In this document: piece by piece, positions 24,501-32,544 of the stretch
Layout: the number at the start of each line of letters is the position of its first letter
Numbering within the stretch: the first letter of the stretch is position 1
Source: an uncultured Bacillota bacterium
GTDB taxonomy: Bacteria; Bacillota; Clostridia; Christensenellales; UBA1242
Reading direction: 5' to 3'
NCBI GenBank assembly: GCA_948465545.1
Contig: CAOJXO010000001.1
Location: 95,728 to 159,727 of the forward strand
Length of the DNA: 64,000 bases
Position numbers and translations under genes: made by a program
Notes under the pieces: model-generated
Seen by the model: only the letters and a program-made list of their open reading frames with translations
Databases searched by the model: none
Told to the model about the DNA's origin: nothing

Positions 24501-27500
24501 GAGATGCAGAAAAGCAGTTTTCAAGAGTGCCAGTGTTTTCATAAACAAATCCTGAAACAAGGTATGCTTGATTTTCATTTGAAGTATTTGAAATTAAAAT
24601 GTTTGAATATGCATCTTGGATTTTACCATCATTTTGATATACGAAACCTGCAATCTTGCCAAGGCTTGAACTAAGGCTTGAACCTTGTCTGCAGAATACA
24701 TCTTTAGGTTTATCTTCTTTAACACCTTCAACATAAGATGTTAAAATCTGACTGTTGTTGTTTGCAACAAAACCAGCAGTAATGCTTCTTGTGCTTGCTG
24801 TTTGGTTTTGCATGCCAAAGTTTTTAACAAAACTTGAAGCGATAGTTCCTGCATTTTCAAGAACAAAGCCTGCTATATTTCCCTGAGCGATTATGTTGAA
24901 TTTTTCAAGATAGGTCTTATCAAGGAAGTAACCGATTGTTTGTCCTTGTGAGTCAGTATAATTTTCTCCGATTGTGTATACATCTGAGCCACCTACACGA
25001 CTGTTTGTAATTGAGCCATTGTTTGTGATTACAAAGCCTGCTACATTTGACACTGCTGGATCTGACATGTATTCAGGTTGGGTTACACCCTCGCCTCTTA
25101 CATATTTAACAACAATACCAGTATCGCCATTTATAACTGCACCTGTAACCCCATTTTTCTGGAAGGAAACAACTTCGCAGTTGGTAATAATACCATTGTT
25201 TGTAATTGCAAGACCTGCAATATTTATAGATGAGTAGTTAGGGTTTGCAACATTGACGGTAATCTGTCCACCATTGTAAACATTCACCCTAATATTTTTA
25301 AGAGTAGTTGTGCTTGCAACATTATTAAATAATGCAAAATTTAACGATGCAGTATCTTCAGGATTTGGATTAAACCAATCTATATATATAGTATAACCAT
25401 TTCCATCAAGACTTGCGATTGCATTTGTATCAATAGGAGTATAGTTTCTAAGCACAATGTCATTCATTAAGATATAGTTTTGGGCGTCACCCTCTGCCAT
25501 ATCCATGAAATCATCTTCGCTGTAAACAAGAAGTGGAGTATCCTCATCTGAATAAACCTTAACAAGAACATTAAAGTAATAGTAATAGTCATTGTAAGTT
25601 TCACCCACCTGAACCGTGGTTTGAAGTCTAAGAGAAATAGGTGCGTTGTCTGTGGTTGGACGTAAACCTTTAACAAAAAGAATATTATCTCTTTCATTAT
25701 ATGTCCATTCTAAATAGCCACCAACCGAACTATACTCTCTACCATTGTATACAGACATCCAGTTGTTATTTACATTTGAATAATAATCAAGGCGAGTATT
25801 CACAGTTTTTGGTTGTGATGGAATAGGATTGCCATTGTTATCACGAGCATAGTTGATATAATAACCCGCATCTTCATCTTTGAAATAAGAATTCCTTTCA
25901 AACGAATTGATATTCGCTTTAATAGCATTTACATTGTCAACACTTTCTTGATCGCTTGGGTCATAAGTGTAGTTTTCTGGAAGAATAGGATATTTAAATT
26001 GAAGAGGCTCAGAAAGTCCTAAATAAGTGACAAAGGTGTCATTCTCAGCATTTGCAATAGAAATATTATCTGCGTCAACCTTAAAGTCAACAAGGTTTAC
26101 CTCAGCATATGCTGTTTTACGCTCTTCATAACCATTGCTGGTTCGTGACACTGTCACTGAAATTCTAAACATTCCATTTGCGTCATCTTTAAGTTTTGCA
26201 TTAATAGACGCTGAGATTCTTGATGTATAAACTACCACGCCAGCATTGCTGTCATCAATCTCCCAGTTAGTATTAAATAATGTAATACCGCTTACTACAT
26301 TTTCAACAATCGTAGAATTGATATCCACATTTTGGTCGGCAGGAACAACAATCTTCACCTCCGCCGTTTGCCCCTTTGCAAGTATGGCTGTTGAATAACC
26401 ATCTACAAGAACCTGAGGCTCTGCAAGATAACTTATTGTAAGGTTGTAATTTGCATAGGTTATCTCTTCGCCATTTGAATCGTAGAATCTGATAGTAAAT
26501 TTTAAAGCAACATCATCTTTTTGCTGAATTGCATTGTTTGCCCAAATCTTGAAGTAAAGGTCATAGTTCTCTTTTGCTTCACCACTAGGTATAACGCTTA
26601 TTCCGTTTGTAATAAGGTCTACTTGCGACTTAGTGTCTTCATAATATCTACCATAGATATCTTGTGTCATGAAGTTTATTGTTGCAGCGCCTATCATAGA
26701 TGCACCACTATATTCCATTGTGAAATGATGATAGTATGCGTATTGAGGGTTAACATTTACTTTAAGAAGACTACTGCTTCCAGGTGCAAGGATTCCACTG
26801 GTTGCATTACTTACCTCATATTTGTTTACATAAACATCTCTATCCTCGCCATAGCCACCTATTTTTTCATAGAGCATATTGTTTACTCTATAATTTGAAA
26901 TTGCAATGTTAGTAAATTCCTGTCTTGAAACAATCAGGTCAAAATCCTCTTCTACCACTTGATATAATGAAGAAAGTGAAATGTTATAGGTTTGAGTTTC
27001 AGAAATCTCTGCTCTATAATCTCTAACAACGCTTAAATATACCGTAAAGTTTAATGTATAAAGTCCGTCAACAGCCACCGCTGATTCGTTGCCTGCATCA
27101 GGAACAATCTGTATTAAAATTTGTTCCTGCTTGTCACGGCTAGCAGTCCATGTGCCATTATCGTTTACAACACTAAGGTCAACACTTCCACCAGCCAACA
27201 TTAATTTTACATTAGGTGTAAGGACATCGTCTTTTGCACCAGAGATAAGTTGTACCCTAACTACGCCCATTGAAGAAGGTGTAATTGAAACCTCGTTATT
27301 TGTTGCACCAATTGAAATTGCACCGTCGAATAAGTTTAAACTATAATTCTTTGCAAACTGAGTGCGAATCACATCACTTATTACATCTGACACCTGTTCG
27401 TCAAGGCCTAAAAGTCTAACATAGGTGTTAATCTCGGCATTTTCACTATCCTTATTTGTAACAAGGTTTAATATAGTTTTATTAGTTCCAGTAGTTTCAA

Positions 27501-30500
27501 CAATAATTGTATTTGAAGATGGAACATGGTTAAGTTCATACTCATTAGGAATAAGGTCAAAGACATTTCCACGATTTCCTAGATACATGCTTGCATGTTC
27601 GAAATTATAAGAAACCGTAAGCGACCTTCCCCTTTGAAGATTGATTACACTTCCGTTTGTAATATTCTCACTGCCACCTTGATATGCCCATGACGCATTT
27701 AAATCCGAAAGTGCATTAATTACATAAACGGTAATCGCTTTATTTAATGAATAGTCTTGTTTGCTTGAAATTGTCAGTGTCACCACGCCAGTATCTTTAA
27801 CAACAATGCTATTTGCATTTATATCTACAATACTTGTATCCGCACAGCCAACAACAAGTCTGTCTGCATCTTTGCTGTCAAGAAGTGAAGCAAGTGAAAT
27901 TGTGTTAAGACTTTCAAGAGCCATCTTTTCATTGTCTGTCATAAAAGCATAATCTCTTGAATCCACAGCATATCTGAACAAGATTGCCTCGCTAGTGCCA
28001 ACCTTTAATGCTTTATAAACATTATTACCTTCTTTAAGCACATCCACAACTTCATAGCCACTTACATTTGTAAGAGGTTCTGCTTGATAAACATTTTTAA
28101 GGTGAGCCATTCCGCCATTTACATAAGCCATAAAACTTGAAGAGTTTGGATTATTTGGTTTAGCCCAAATGTCAAGGCTAAGTGCAGCCTCGTTATCATT
28201 CTTCATACCATTGATATAGAAGTCTGAAACATAACCTGAATAAGAGTAGTAGGAAATATAAGTGTTATCTAATTGACTAAACACCCCACTTGATGTTGTG
28301 AAATATCTGTCTTCAATATTAACAACTGCAAACGACTTTGTTACATTTACACTGCTGTTTGCAAATCCCACAAACGCACTTCTGTGTGAACCTACAAGGT
28401 TAACGCCAGAATTTTCTGTCATAGTATAATCGTAGATATATGACTCTGTAATATTACCGCCGTCAAGATATCCAACAAAACCACCTACATATTCACCAGT
28501 AATTGTGTTTGCACCAGTTTCAAAATTGTAAATTTCAAAACTAGAACCTTTAATATTACCACCTTCATTCTTACCAGCAAATCCACCTACGTAACTTCCA
28601 GTTGTGCCAGCAACAATTTTCAATCCTAATACTTTTACATTTGATAAAGAAGCAAAGTTTTCGCCTACAACACCACCTACATAAGTTTTGGTTGTTCCGT
28701 CAAGTGTGCTAGGTTTATATACGCTACGACTTATACCAGTATCAGAATCTGTTTCAATCTCTGCATTCACGTCAATTATAACATTTTCAATAGTACCATA
28801 GTTTGAGTTTGCTACGAAACCACCACCTGCCACATTACCCGTAAAGGTAATATCACTAATAGTACCATGGTTTGTATTAACAAAACTTTCTCCGTTGATT
28901 GTTATTGTGATATTTTCATTATCCCCCCTAATTCCACCTGTAAGGTTTTCAATGCTAGTCCATGAGTCAAGGGTGATATTATTCATTACTCTGTAATATT
29001 TGTTTGATTCAAATTTTGTTTTAAAATCTTCTTCAGAATAGATGTGATACTCATAATCTCTAGAGCCATCAGCAACCATAACTGAAATTCTAATAAGAAT
29101 ATTTGAGAATGGAATTTCTTCATTTTTATTATTAATAAAGTAAGCGTTTTCATAAAGGTAATCAAACCATGTGGTTGTACCCTCTTTGATTTTTCCTAAA
29201 TTATCAAGAGATTCATTTTGGCTTATAGGATTGCCAAGTCCATCAAGGTCTGCAAGTTTATCAAAGTAAAAAATTCTACCTTGATTGATTGCGTCCTGTG
29301 GAAGAACATATATATATCCCGCTTTGCCTTCGCTTGCTGTTAACACCACTTGTCCATTATTATCAACATTTTTTACCTCTACAAAATTATCAGGGGTTGG
29401 ATTTCCCGCTTTGTCAGTAATGTGATAATAAAGTTCTTTTGTTTTGGCATTTGATGGAGCAGAAGAAATAACTAAGATAGATGGTTCAGTATCATTAACC
29501 TCAAAATAGATTCCGCCCTCTGCTTCATTTTCCCAAACAAGGCTTTCTATTCTATCGGCATTCACAATTTTAACATTAACAACGCCGTTAGGATTAACGT
29601 TTACTTCCTGCTTATCGGTGTTATAGTATCTTATTGTAAGCACATCATCAAAGTTTTGAACACCTTTAGTTGAAAGTCCATTGATAACAAAACTTAAATA
29701 AGTATCTGTTAAAACGATGTTAGAGATGTTGTAATATCCCTCAACCCAGGTGACACTATCACCAAGCATTGTACCAGCACCACCCATTCTGTTTGAATAG
29801 AATGTAAAATAGTCAAGGCTTGAATAAGTTAAAGGCACTTCGCTAAGAGTAATTCTTACTTCCGCCTTTGTTTCTTCACGATCCTTTGTAGAGACAGAAT
29901 CATAAGCATAAAGGTTTACAAAGGTTGGATTAACAGAAAATTCGGTTGGAGCAACATAGTTTTCAATCAAAACAATTCTTACAAATGTAACTTCATTGCC
30001 AAGTGTATCAAGTCCAGTAAAACTAACAACAAGATAGGTGTATCCCGTACGGTTGGTTGTTGTAAGCGACGTGGTTGTCACGTTAACAAAACTACTACTT
30101 GCCTTCCTTGCTGGATTGTTATAAATATCATTTGCAGTTTGACCTAAGAATACATCAAGGTCAGCACTTTCATCATAGTCAAGGAATGAGAATCTAATAC
30201 GTGCATCCGCATAATTTCCATTCGCACGGTTTTTAATAAATGTAAGTGGAACGCTAGACCCAGTCCTGACAAGCAAACTTGAAACGCTTGCAGAAGGGGT
30301 TGTTGCATTCTCCAAAGCGCCATCATTTAAGATATAAAGATTATTATTAAATTGTGCTTTTGTAACTGCGGAACTGCTTTCATAATCTATCCTAGCATCA
30401 GTTAAAGGAAGGAAAAGTTTAACATCAAAGGCGTCACTTGAAAGCCCATTTTTGTGTCTGATTCTATAAGAGCAATCTTTGGTAAGTCCAATACTGTTTG

Positions 30501-32220
30501 CGTCCACCTTGAATTTTACTCTAAATGTAACACTTCCGTCAGCATCTGTGGTAAATCCAATAGGCTCGATTGATGAAGCGGTAAACCCTTCACCTATAGT
30601 TTCCACCATTAAACCTTCAATAGAAGTTTGACCTCTTAAAACAAAAATCTTTTCTTCTTCTGAGGTTGTCATTGTTGAAAGACGTAATGAAGCATCAAAC
30701 CCCTCATACTCTTCAAACTTTATGTTGCTTGCTGACTTATATAAGTTAAGGGTGTATACACTGCTTACATTCGGATTATCAATAGACCTAAGAGTTAATT
30801 TAACATTTGAAATTGAACTATTGACAAACTCCTCGCTGGCAAGAATGTAAAGTTCGGTAGATGAAGTAAGTGTGCTTTCTATGCTATCAAATATAAGGTC
30901 ACTATTTGAATTTGTCCCCATAAAAATCTGGCCGTAACTACCGCTCATATTTCGATAGTAGAACTGCAAAGTGTCCTTATTAACATTGTTATTTTGAAGA
31001 TCTCTAGAATTACAGTTGTTGTAATCTACACTAAGGCTATATTTGCCAGTAGCATTATGTACCCCCGTTGGGGTTAATTCCACCCTATATTTTGCACCAT
31101 AAGGAGATGCATAAGTGGTGTATATTGATTGTACTGAAGAAGCCGCATTGCTGTTTTCCTCAGTATAGAGATTAATATCTCTTATTTTCTCATAACAATT
31201 AATGTTAAAACTGTTTGACTTTATTGCATAATCATATCCCTCATAGCCAACATTGAAGTATGAAGTAAATGCACCATTCACATTTGTTTTTAAGGCTTTA
31301 ACCTCATAAATTAAATAACCCTCTTCTTCACTCTGGCTCTGTTTTAAAATTGAGATGTTGGCAACATCCTCCTTGCCATTAAATAAAACAACTGGTTGTG
31401 GCAAAATAGGCTCGTTTCCATTATATCTAAAACGTATATAAGCGGTGTACGCACTGTCGGTAGAAATATTAGGTACAATAGAAATTGTTTCGCTATCTAA
31501 TGGAGTAAAGTCCTGACTTAGGCTGTAAGAATACTCCATTTTAATTGAACTTGCAGATAATGCGTTAAGCACAAACAATTTAACTGGTGTTGATTCGCCA
31601 GACTCTGCTGTCGCGATAAGAGTGATATAACCTTCATTATCTGCAACAAACCCTTCTGTAAGGGTTAAGGTATTTCCAACAAGGGTTGCATTGTTTGCAT
31701 CAACACCTTGAGCGAAAGACCATGTGATGTTTCTTCTTGCAGTGGCTGGATAAACAGTAATCAACTCCTTGTCGTCAAGGGTAACAGTGCCACCACGAAT
31801 AGCATACATCTTGCTTTGCCCTGTTTGAGAATCATCTTTTTGAGTCATGGATTTAACTTCACTGTAAACAGTAACAGAAACAATAGTCTTAACGCTACTG
31901 TCATAATCGCTTGTAATTATAATATCAGCATCACCCTCAGCAATAGCATTGATTGTAATATCATTTTTCCCAGTGATAGAGTTATACACAACAGAGGCTG
32001 AGGCAATGTTTTCATAGGAAGAAGAAGCCGTAACCCTTCCCTCGTCAATTCCGTTGACTGTGGCAGAGATTAAAGCCTTATGTTCTGAATCGTCATTTAA
32101 ACAAATATCAACATGCTGCTTGTCAAGGTCGATAGTAACAGTGGGGCTGCCACAAGCAGAAAGAATACTTCCGCCAAGAAGTATAATTGTACTTAAAAGT
32201 CCTACCCAAAACTTTTTCAT
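12586..32220 (-). CDS. giant surface lipoprotein (~6544 aa) with Big_2-like Ig domains and many GLUG-type/parallel-beta repeats
   Basis: A single uninterrupted 19.6-kb ORF. The likely start is MKKFW at 32220, preceded by AGGAGGAAAA. It has a signal peptide and lipobox (LLGGSILSAC). An N-terminal Big_2-like segment reads ITINAIAEGDADIIITS. There are dozens of x-Y-[VA]-G-G-[LIFV]-[VAI]-G-x repeats, including the CYN[ST][GS] context typical of GLUG motifs. I saw no LPXTG. Confidence 0.9.
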   Translation of the reverse strand: MKKFWVGLLSTIILLGGSILSACGSPTVTIDLDKQHVDICLNDDSEHKALISATVNGIDEGRVTASSSYENIASASVVYNSITGKNDITINAIAEGDADIIITSDYDSSVKTIVSVTVYSEVKSMTQKDDSQTGQSKMYAIRGGTVTLDDKELITVYPATARRNITWSFAQGVDANNATLVGNTLTLTEGFVADNEGYITLIATAESGESTPVKLFVLNALSASSIKMEYSYSLSQDFTPLDSETISIVPNISTDSAYTAYIRFRYNGNEPILPQPVVLFNGKEDVANISILKQSQSEEEGYLIYEVKALKTNVNGAFTSYFNVGYEGYDYAIKSNSFNINCYEKIRDINLYTEENSNAASSVQSIYTTYASPYGAKYRVELTPTGVHNATGKYSLSVDYNNCNSRDLQNNNVNKDTLQFYYRNMSGSYGQIFMGTNSNSDLIFDSIESTLTSSTELYILASEEFVNSSISNVKLTLRSIDNPNVSSVYTLNLYKSASNIKFEEYEGFDASLRLSTMTTSEEEKIFVLRGQTSIEGLMVETIGEGFTASSIEPIGFTTDADGSVTFRVKFKVDANSIGLTKDCSYRIRHKNGLSSDAFDVKLFLPLTDARIDYESSSAVTKAQFNNNLYILNDGALENATTPSASVSSLLVRTGSSVPLTFIKNRANGNYADARIRFSFLDYDESADLDVFLGQTANDIYNNPARKASSSFVNVTTTSLTTTNRTGYTYLVVSFTGLDTLGNEVTFVRIVLIENYVAPTEFSVNPTFVNLYAYDSVSTKDREETKAEVRITLSEVPLTYSSLDYFTFYSNRMGGAGTMLGDSVTWVEGYYNISNIVLTDTYLSFVINGLSTKGVQNFDDVLTIRYYNTDKQEVNVNPNGVVNVKIVNADRIESLVWENEAEGGIYFEVNDTEPSILVISSAPSNAKTKELYYHITDKAGNPTPDNFVEVKNVDNNGQVVLTASEGKAGYIYVLPQDAINQGRIFYFDKLADLDGLGNPISQNESLDNLGKIKEGTTTWFDYLYENAYFINNKNEEIPFSNILIRISVMVADGSRDYEYHIYSEEDFKTKFESNKYYRVMNNITLDSWTSIENLTGGIRGDNENITITINGESFVNTNHGTISDITFTGNVAGGGFVANSNYGTIENVIIDVNAEIETDSDTGISRSVYKPSTLDGTTKTYVGGVVGENFASLSNVKVLGLKIVAGTTGSYVGGFAGKNEGGNIKGSSFEIYNFETGANTITGEYVGGFVGYLDGGNITESYIYDYTMTENSGVNLVGSHRSAFVGFANSSVNVTKSFAVVNIEDRYFTTSSGVFSQLDNTYISYYSYSGYVSDFYINGMKNDNEAALSLDIWAKPNNPNSSSFMAYVNGGMAHLKNVYQAEPLTNVSGYEVVDVLKEGNNVYKALKVGTSEAILFRYAVDSRDYAFMTDNEKMALESLNTISLASLLDSKDADRLVVGCADTSIVDINANSIVVKDTGVVTLTISSKQDYSLNKAITVYVINALSDLNASWAYQGGSENITNGSVINLQRGRSLTVSYNFEHASMYLGNRGNVFDLIPNEYELNHVPSSNTIIVETTGTNKTILNLVTNKDSENAEINTYVRLLGLDEQVSDVISDVIRTQFAKNYSLNLFDGAISIGATNNEVSITPSSMGVVRVQLISGAKDDVLTPNVKLMLAGGSVDLSVVNDNGTWTASRDKQEQILIQIVPDAGNESAVAVDGLYTLNFTVYLSVVRDYRAEISETQTYNISLSSLYQVVEEDFDLIVSRQEFTNIAISNYRVNNMLYEKIGGYGEDRDVYVNKYEVSNATSGILAPGSSSLLKVNVNPQYAYYHHFTMEYSGASMIGAATINFMTQDIYGRYYEDTKSQVDLITNGISVIPSGEAKENYDLYFKIWANNAIQQKDDVALKFTIRFYDSNGEEITYANYNLTISYLAEPQVLVDGYSTAILAKGQTAEVKIVVPADQNVDINSTIVENVVSGITLFNTNWEIDDSNAGVVVYTSRISASINAKLKDDANGMFRISVTVSRTSNGYEERKTAYAEVNLVDFKVDADNISIANAENDTFVTYLGLSEPLQFKYPILPENYTYDPSDQESVDNVNAIKANINSFERNSYFKDEDAGYYINYARDNNGNPIPSQPKTVNTRLDYYSNVNNNWMSVYNGREYSSVGGYLEWTYNERDNILFVKGLRPTTDNAPISLRLQTTVQVGETYNDYYYYFNVLVKVYSDEDTPLLVYSEDDFMDMAEGDAQNYILMNDIVLRNYTPIDTNAIASLDGNGYTIYIDWFNPNPEDTASLNFALFNNVASTTTLKNIRVNVYNGGQITVNVANPNYSSINIAGLAITNNGIITNCEVVSFQKNGVTGAVINGDTGIVVKYVRGEGVTQPEYMSDPAVSNVAGFVITNNGSITNSRVGGSDVYTIGENYTDSQGQTIGYFLDKTYLEKFNIIAQGNIAGFVLENAGTIASSFVKNFGMQNQTASTRSITAGFVANNNSQILTSYVEGVKEDKPKDVFCRQGSSLSSSLGKIAGFVYQNDGKIQDAYSNILISNTSNENQAYLVSGFVYENTGTLENCFSASQITSLVYSQMNFSGVDEKGNLLATGSYINCYYYNAQSLGNDDSTEESYNTRAVQLSELDDETYFYGFAFNSSENSINGVWSLIASEGILTLVEPNKIAYSSRYYLAGEEEGQYFLPYSTLYNSERGLINANYGSENNPIIIRNAQEFVNVTGKSTSTYISSYFTKTRINGNYRIVSDLDFSDLVVSGGDNEEEGTIDLPSINKAFTGNLFGNGFTIANLSITSSEDMIAFGLFASIEGASIINLNITVNQVVNNLANFVGSIAGYAKNSNLVNIQITNNKDCVVEGLNFVGGVVGMMFGDSKVKNVNVIDPNVIADRYNEVGIESQEGATSNIGMTRNVATFSAQTAFELRMLLIQQIGDIFLSEANVNMLNNVVAFISNMSYAGGAFGYVDIFTEQESMVADYQHKTEMQSSDYELSKVRVQGAINVQGQVVGGVVGFAGVHTDIKDTGAIFTDPASEPVSHLVATKFYAGGIVGQGYGNYIQLFSEYDETTQNTIENNLLTYYSGSNNAERGSTTIFSTEGIDKDYSQIYVGGLVGYAGSGQLTVSYSKLNVVDMLARYAGGVIGYVNTTNSGVYYISDGTDNIVTKYYMNEVYATGDVRAKNAAGGIIGSVSRGSNIILESVNAVNFLSTYDYAEEVQYRAEDFYMSKVSTDLDENEQPIEYNIYSFDKINVYAIIGNYENQNDFNFLVVTKAADDDEAAAAGTKRYVTVGAVRQYVSSINTLDTIKLFAYPNEPYRVGDINVNEEGNLHNIMAIPSVSTYPSAETGYDDTYGVFLGSDVWSMNNWYHDSDSLYPRIKFSIVERPYIYLDAYDASIRAALTRMQNSDIEVRVRGLTAAGSETKAHIDIAGFLQRNDITFKDGIENFRGRLIGWQVGQQVSIQGYPQEWPALLLDRPLFNGTSAGFRMSNVSVKFRPYKDPVLGEITNKTIFSSDSDYKGAFSNSNMMLAVLDNVQFEFTHNVYFYNSNNDSEVGLLAPTITNTSISNFNIFINLPESGQVFLSTDATRVGLIAGKATQNSENRIMNIQNVNIYNYTDASGNLINNSNTSNNNVYVGAYFGEVLKESGKDDNGNDLTPTKLNIQIGKVGNTYTQIQGNDWKGITQLNNVSETINVNYNHDNIYIGGYAGLASNIDTVTFADIDTVTNISLSLSGNTSTFTGQSIVYAGGLFGAYKGSGINIAGKTESVPTKTFNVRIYSSSDKNNDVYLGGLVGQMASDGTPEISNVVTNFEVFKSTNVSGRLTSAYHNSADIMKNYIDNLGNTFAFNAFEVNENAYVGGLVGRTTGNLAITSDEEILRYNNPYKAISVRAEKNAYVGGLVGRSEKDLTIKGIIRVGSVLDVNAGFGDKNTQAYVGGLVGDIYLTNGATANIVNDGLSYADMSFVGQIYTSHKASIGGIVGRITGLDESQNIYIKDTAFGGAIKIYNAENIGFDIGGLVGTFADAGHMGGTNAKAGRVEISNNYSFGDVFFLYKDEKIDSVSTTETTFSKHGQVYYGGLIGRGLDVSGLQNPIQENYIMTTYNDQRPNDGDKINAVFGNIQGISETAGNFYSHAVTLTTDNNAYDVGYMTPYDTNKGITGGGYTGHEYFDGITEKKNALAEFMLTRVSNVTSLTGEGSKLNPKSFTGAIATEEIDQLEKVHGMRYYYFSADNAQAVSMESITNTLDNVAIIGDGYTINYTNKNASPIEYIKGQSFVSGLNIVLDIDNDNVKAGKTERMSIGGVASYMESGIIYAVGVSGNMSVGGNTAISLGGLVGSIANGLITESVSDIHIIYRAGQYKDGGSILYGQASAIANVNKVNNKNINNVLVTYTYAVGIVESYIDTHIDGFIQGRGEHTSTEVEIRHSYSATNLNWHDHTSANTEPDSSHRTVFDGAKLTDTYNDKNANGIGSTTTAGIKQKFNAGNWAQDDKFNYSYPTRQFNYLKYSSYASRGDKDTDLSDDTKGIERYEYNRLTGSEIWGNSPVDVMGAYYIVPNAGVWNSYLPNVNDGITENKKVIIRNDFDFNYFDSTNTIKNFKSTASLDLDGQGHRLYNFNGTGLFQVLTNSFVRNVDVLDVTITGIRDKSSNTGVIAETITNTIISNVTLSGIVTIDKANNAGQYGGVTGTATNSTIASVMSNLKVDANKRYVGGLVGYAENTTIKHSSNNGPINTTNTGTRSSIYTGGIVGYLYNSSYVEYCYNTSSVTSGYVITSASASNYAGGIAGRSDNSTIDYCYNSGLVKAGNKQCTTAQYAGGIVGYSGGSSVSNSLNEASVEAIATNSEFKIRTNKTANEKIRTFTIYTESFRNVYAYGVGYNGSEGIAGTNYNTNEEIVMNGCAIKGDITSGTKYTMDISGYPANSNTFTDGWLRYYQFSYESYFKEVSGGEKDDNNHFVITSRDEFGFPTSLYIKLLHRVSIKEASTTKYSKDLEDYYSWTSDSQTPTYRSYVADKYNFYENKKSTDNGDVNNIKNKVLSETKSNNKNTNILINNKYYYLANEAGSDLYNLMNSALIYTTTYTTSDPTIIDLFDKGDYSYNNFNFDYKDDSEKIVKVIGTGWNKIGSGSNAKVVFDLSIYATEEINNWADKKLSISYSLDETYTIDLTNYKYSYYEEDGRIEIDISDNTYTALIETIFDNSSAFGYQTKLNDSDEEFINAYYTTYQANGTTKELYFVYGNKSLVLYKNLKLYNSDGNVLNTVNTSTLLPEMLAGKSITIHYGLTIESTFTVDAPKSSAGKVSDSYTGNKNISNSEKFNSSFTAGGNGNIVASRVPIDFTYSILDTVNNITAPIIKTEFDEENITDRITSFEINVSGNTDMKLGKIAVFKAGVWSSEIENFDINGINMTITSNGETLIIVSDVYADDDIQSEIENYLNTLTLTYDSISIQGQFASTGYTATVTDKDDNKLVVFDGANWTKVNDLIIDSYTSTFADGVWSFENVSADDINSILNYNISAYSNTASFTLPDASSWDKALFYIGDSPVVSYNAAAFATLGNLQVSIEDNKVTVTSLDFEKNAPIEVDYFYQLKEIVLPQIIVDKVYDKQFSNGILSGNITYNFVDLAFEENDVEFDVTDNSQSKIHTLNMTYALGKVNSKSANGIIVYYGTFKFNSNYNVNYSTDNLNVTITNNKDSSGYMKTEFSGLSLVAGNAEVELQPNATNTLTFSVDSDFSIQSNIYHTHFEVDMSLDDEKNNVAPYFESAYDMTFNITGGKKYSVNIDGKMYDVMAPSFIYNYNLNANGVTTLKSITQYKFVYTMEEIREQVDENGNKPYADCKTIDDYIMKAIELHLASKELKDKTTEEKLASVTQFVEKMFEQYIWTLDGNIETWTYTNTWVEQSDNPHIDEDGNKHPNNITHTKEYQLASYNRDTGKWTVYGSSNTYNSIEEAIKANYSNGSIDITKQQNNIDLGDYTDKVPEETPPVVLHFTKEDFVLSGLDIVYLRNGENTSKIIYLDSPDNIDLSLTLESNFKFNAKELSINSNLAELNKVNQTLVYDKSDLTFTNLQDEVVDVDDLTTFYNYDSASNSLTFNYKPNGEDKLLLTNTMTGEISAFIASQENDNAIAMPILPSGDSISYEGIILTRNMYLGKVSYALFSGRLSGNDYVISYHSDQSSLFDSTTDGAFMKDLSVVGQLNACNVEEVKEMVGGNTRYYATSIISNYNKATIHNVSTYGNVRNAEFRKYDQYIASGFVGFNEGALNNVRNFVAINGITSTGRDFKSTIITGIFYKNETATIDNLTNYGLLIGGNGYNEISNGRQGGQGSNVYAIGFETDKQVGSNSQYVIAGNGGSSFVGKNGARGWDVLSNSTTSGIDVTKIAGKNGGAAVAGGKKGEAYLYGTSENSTENSNQYLKNGKDGQRASAGNGGMQGWVAIAGCVDGVNVGLRNAGYTAVYLGIALSDGPLPFMDIVAAAVYAALMIELNNFEQPALYFGAEGNYCGFAGAVLANGDNECSYKNIQTKQIGKTFQALPTEFIDHVTQEGMFATGVPDAFRY

Positions 32221-32394
32221 TTTTCCTCCTTGTTTAATATTTGCAATTTGACAATTCTTAATCAATTTAACTGCCAATATTCTACAAAATTAAACCTTCT
32301 GTAAAAAGTATAAAATTCAACAAGAAAAATGTCAAATAAATAATTATTAAATTAAAATAAATAATTATATATTATTCGTCCTCTTGCCTTAATT

Positions 32395-32424
32395 TCAGTT
32401 TAATAAATCCCCCCCCCGCGTCAA
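32395..32424 (-). promoter_or_regulatory. candidate promoter of the giant gene with a G9 homopolymer in the spacer
   Basis: On the - strand: TTGACG (32424-32419), c, G9 (32417-32409), atttat, then TAAACT. That gives a 16-nt spacer made mostly of the G tract. The tract is ~190 nt upstream of the start codon. Confidence 0.4.
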
Positions 32425-32544
32425 GTATTTACCTAAAATTTTATACGCAAAATTAGAGTGTTAAATATGCAAATATTTTTTTTGCATTAAATTATTGATT
32501 TTTAAATCTTTTTTTGATATATTTTTCATATCTACGAGGTAAAT

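Noticed and set aside
12927-32251. About 30 short ORFs of 60-125 aa on both strands inside the giant gene, with similar ones inside uvrA, uvrB, metG, spoIIE and the DGR target
   Set aside because: All are fully nested in, or antisense to, long ORFs with clear protein signatures. Their composition is low-complexity, with no RBS context. They are treated as spurious.
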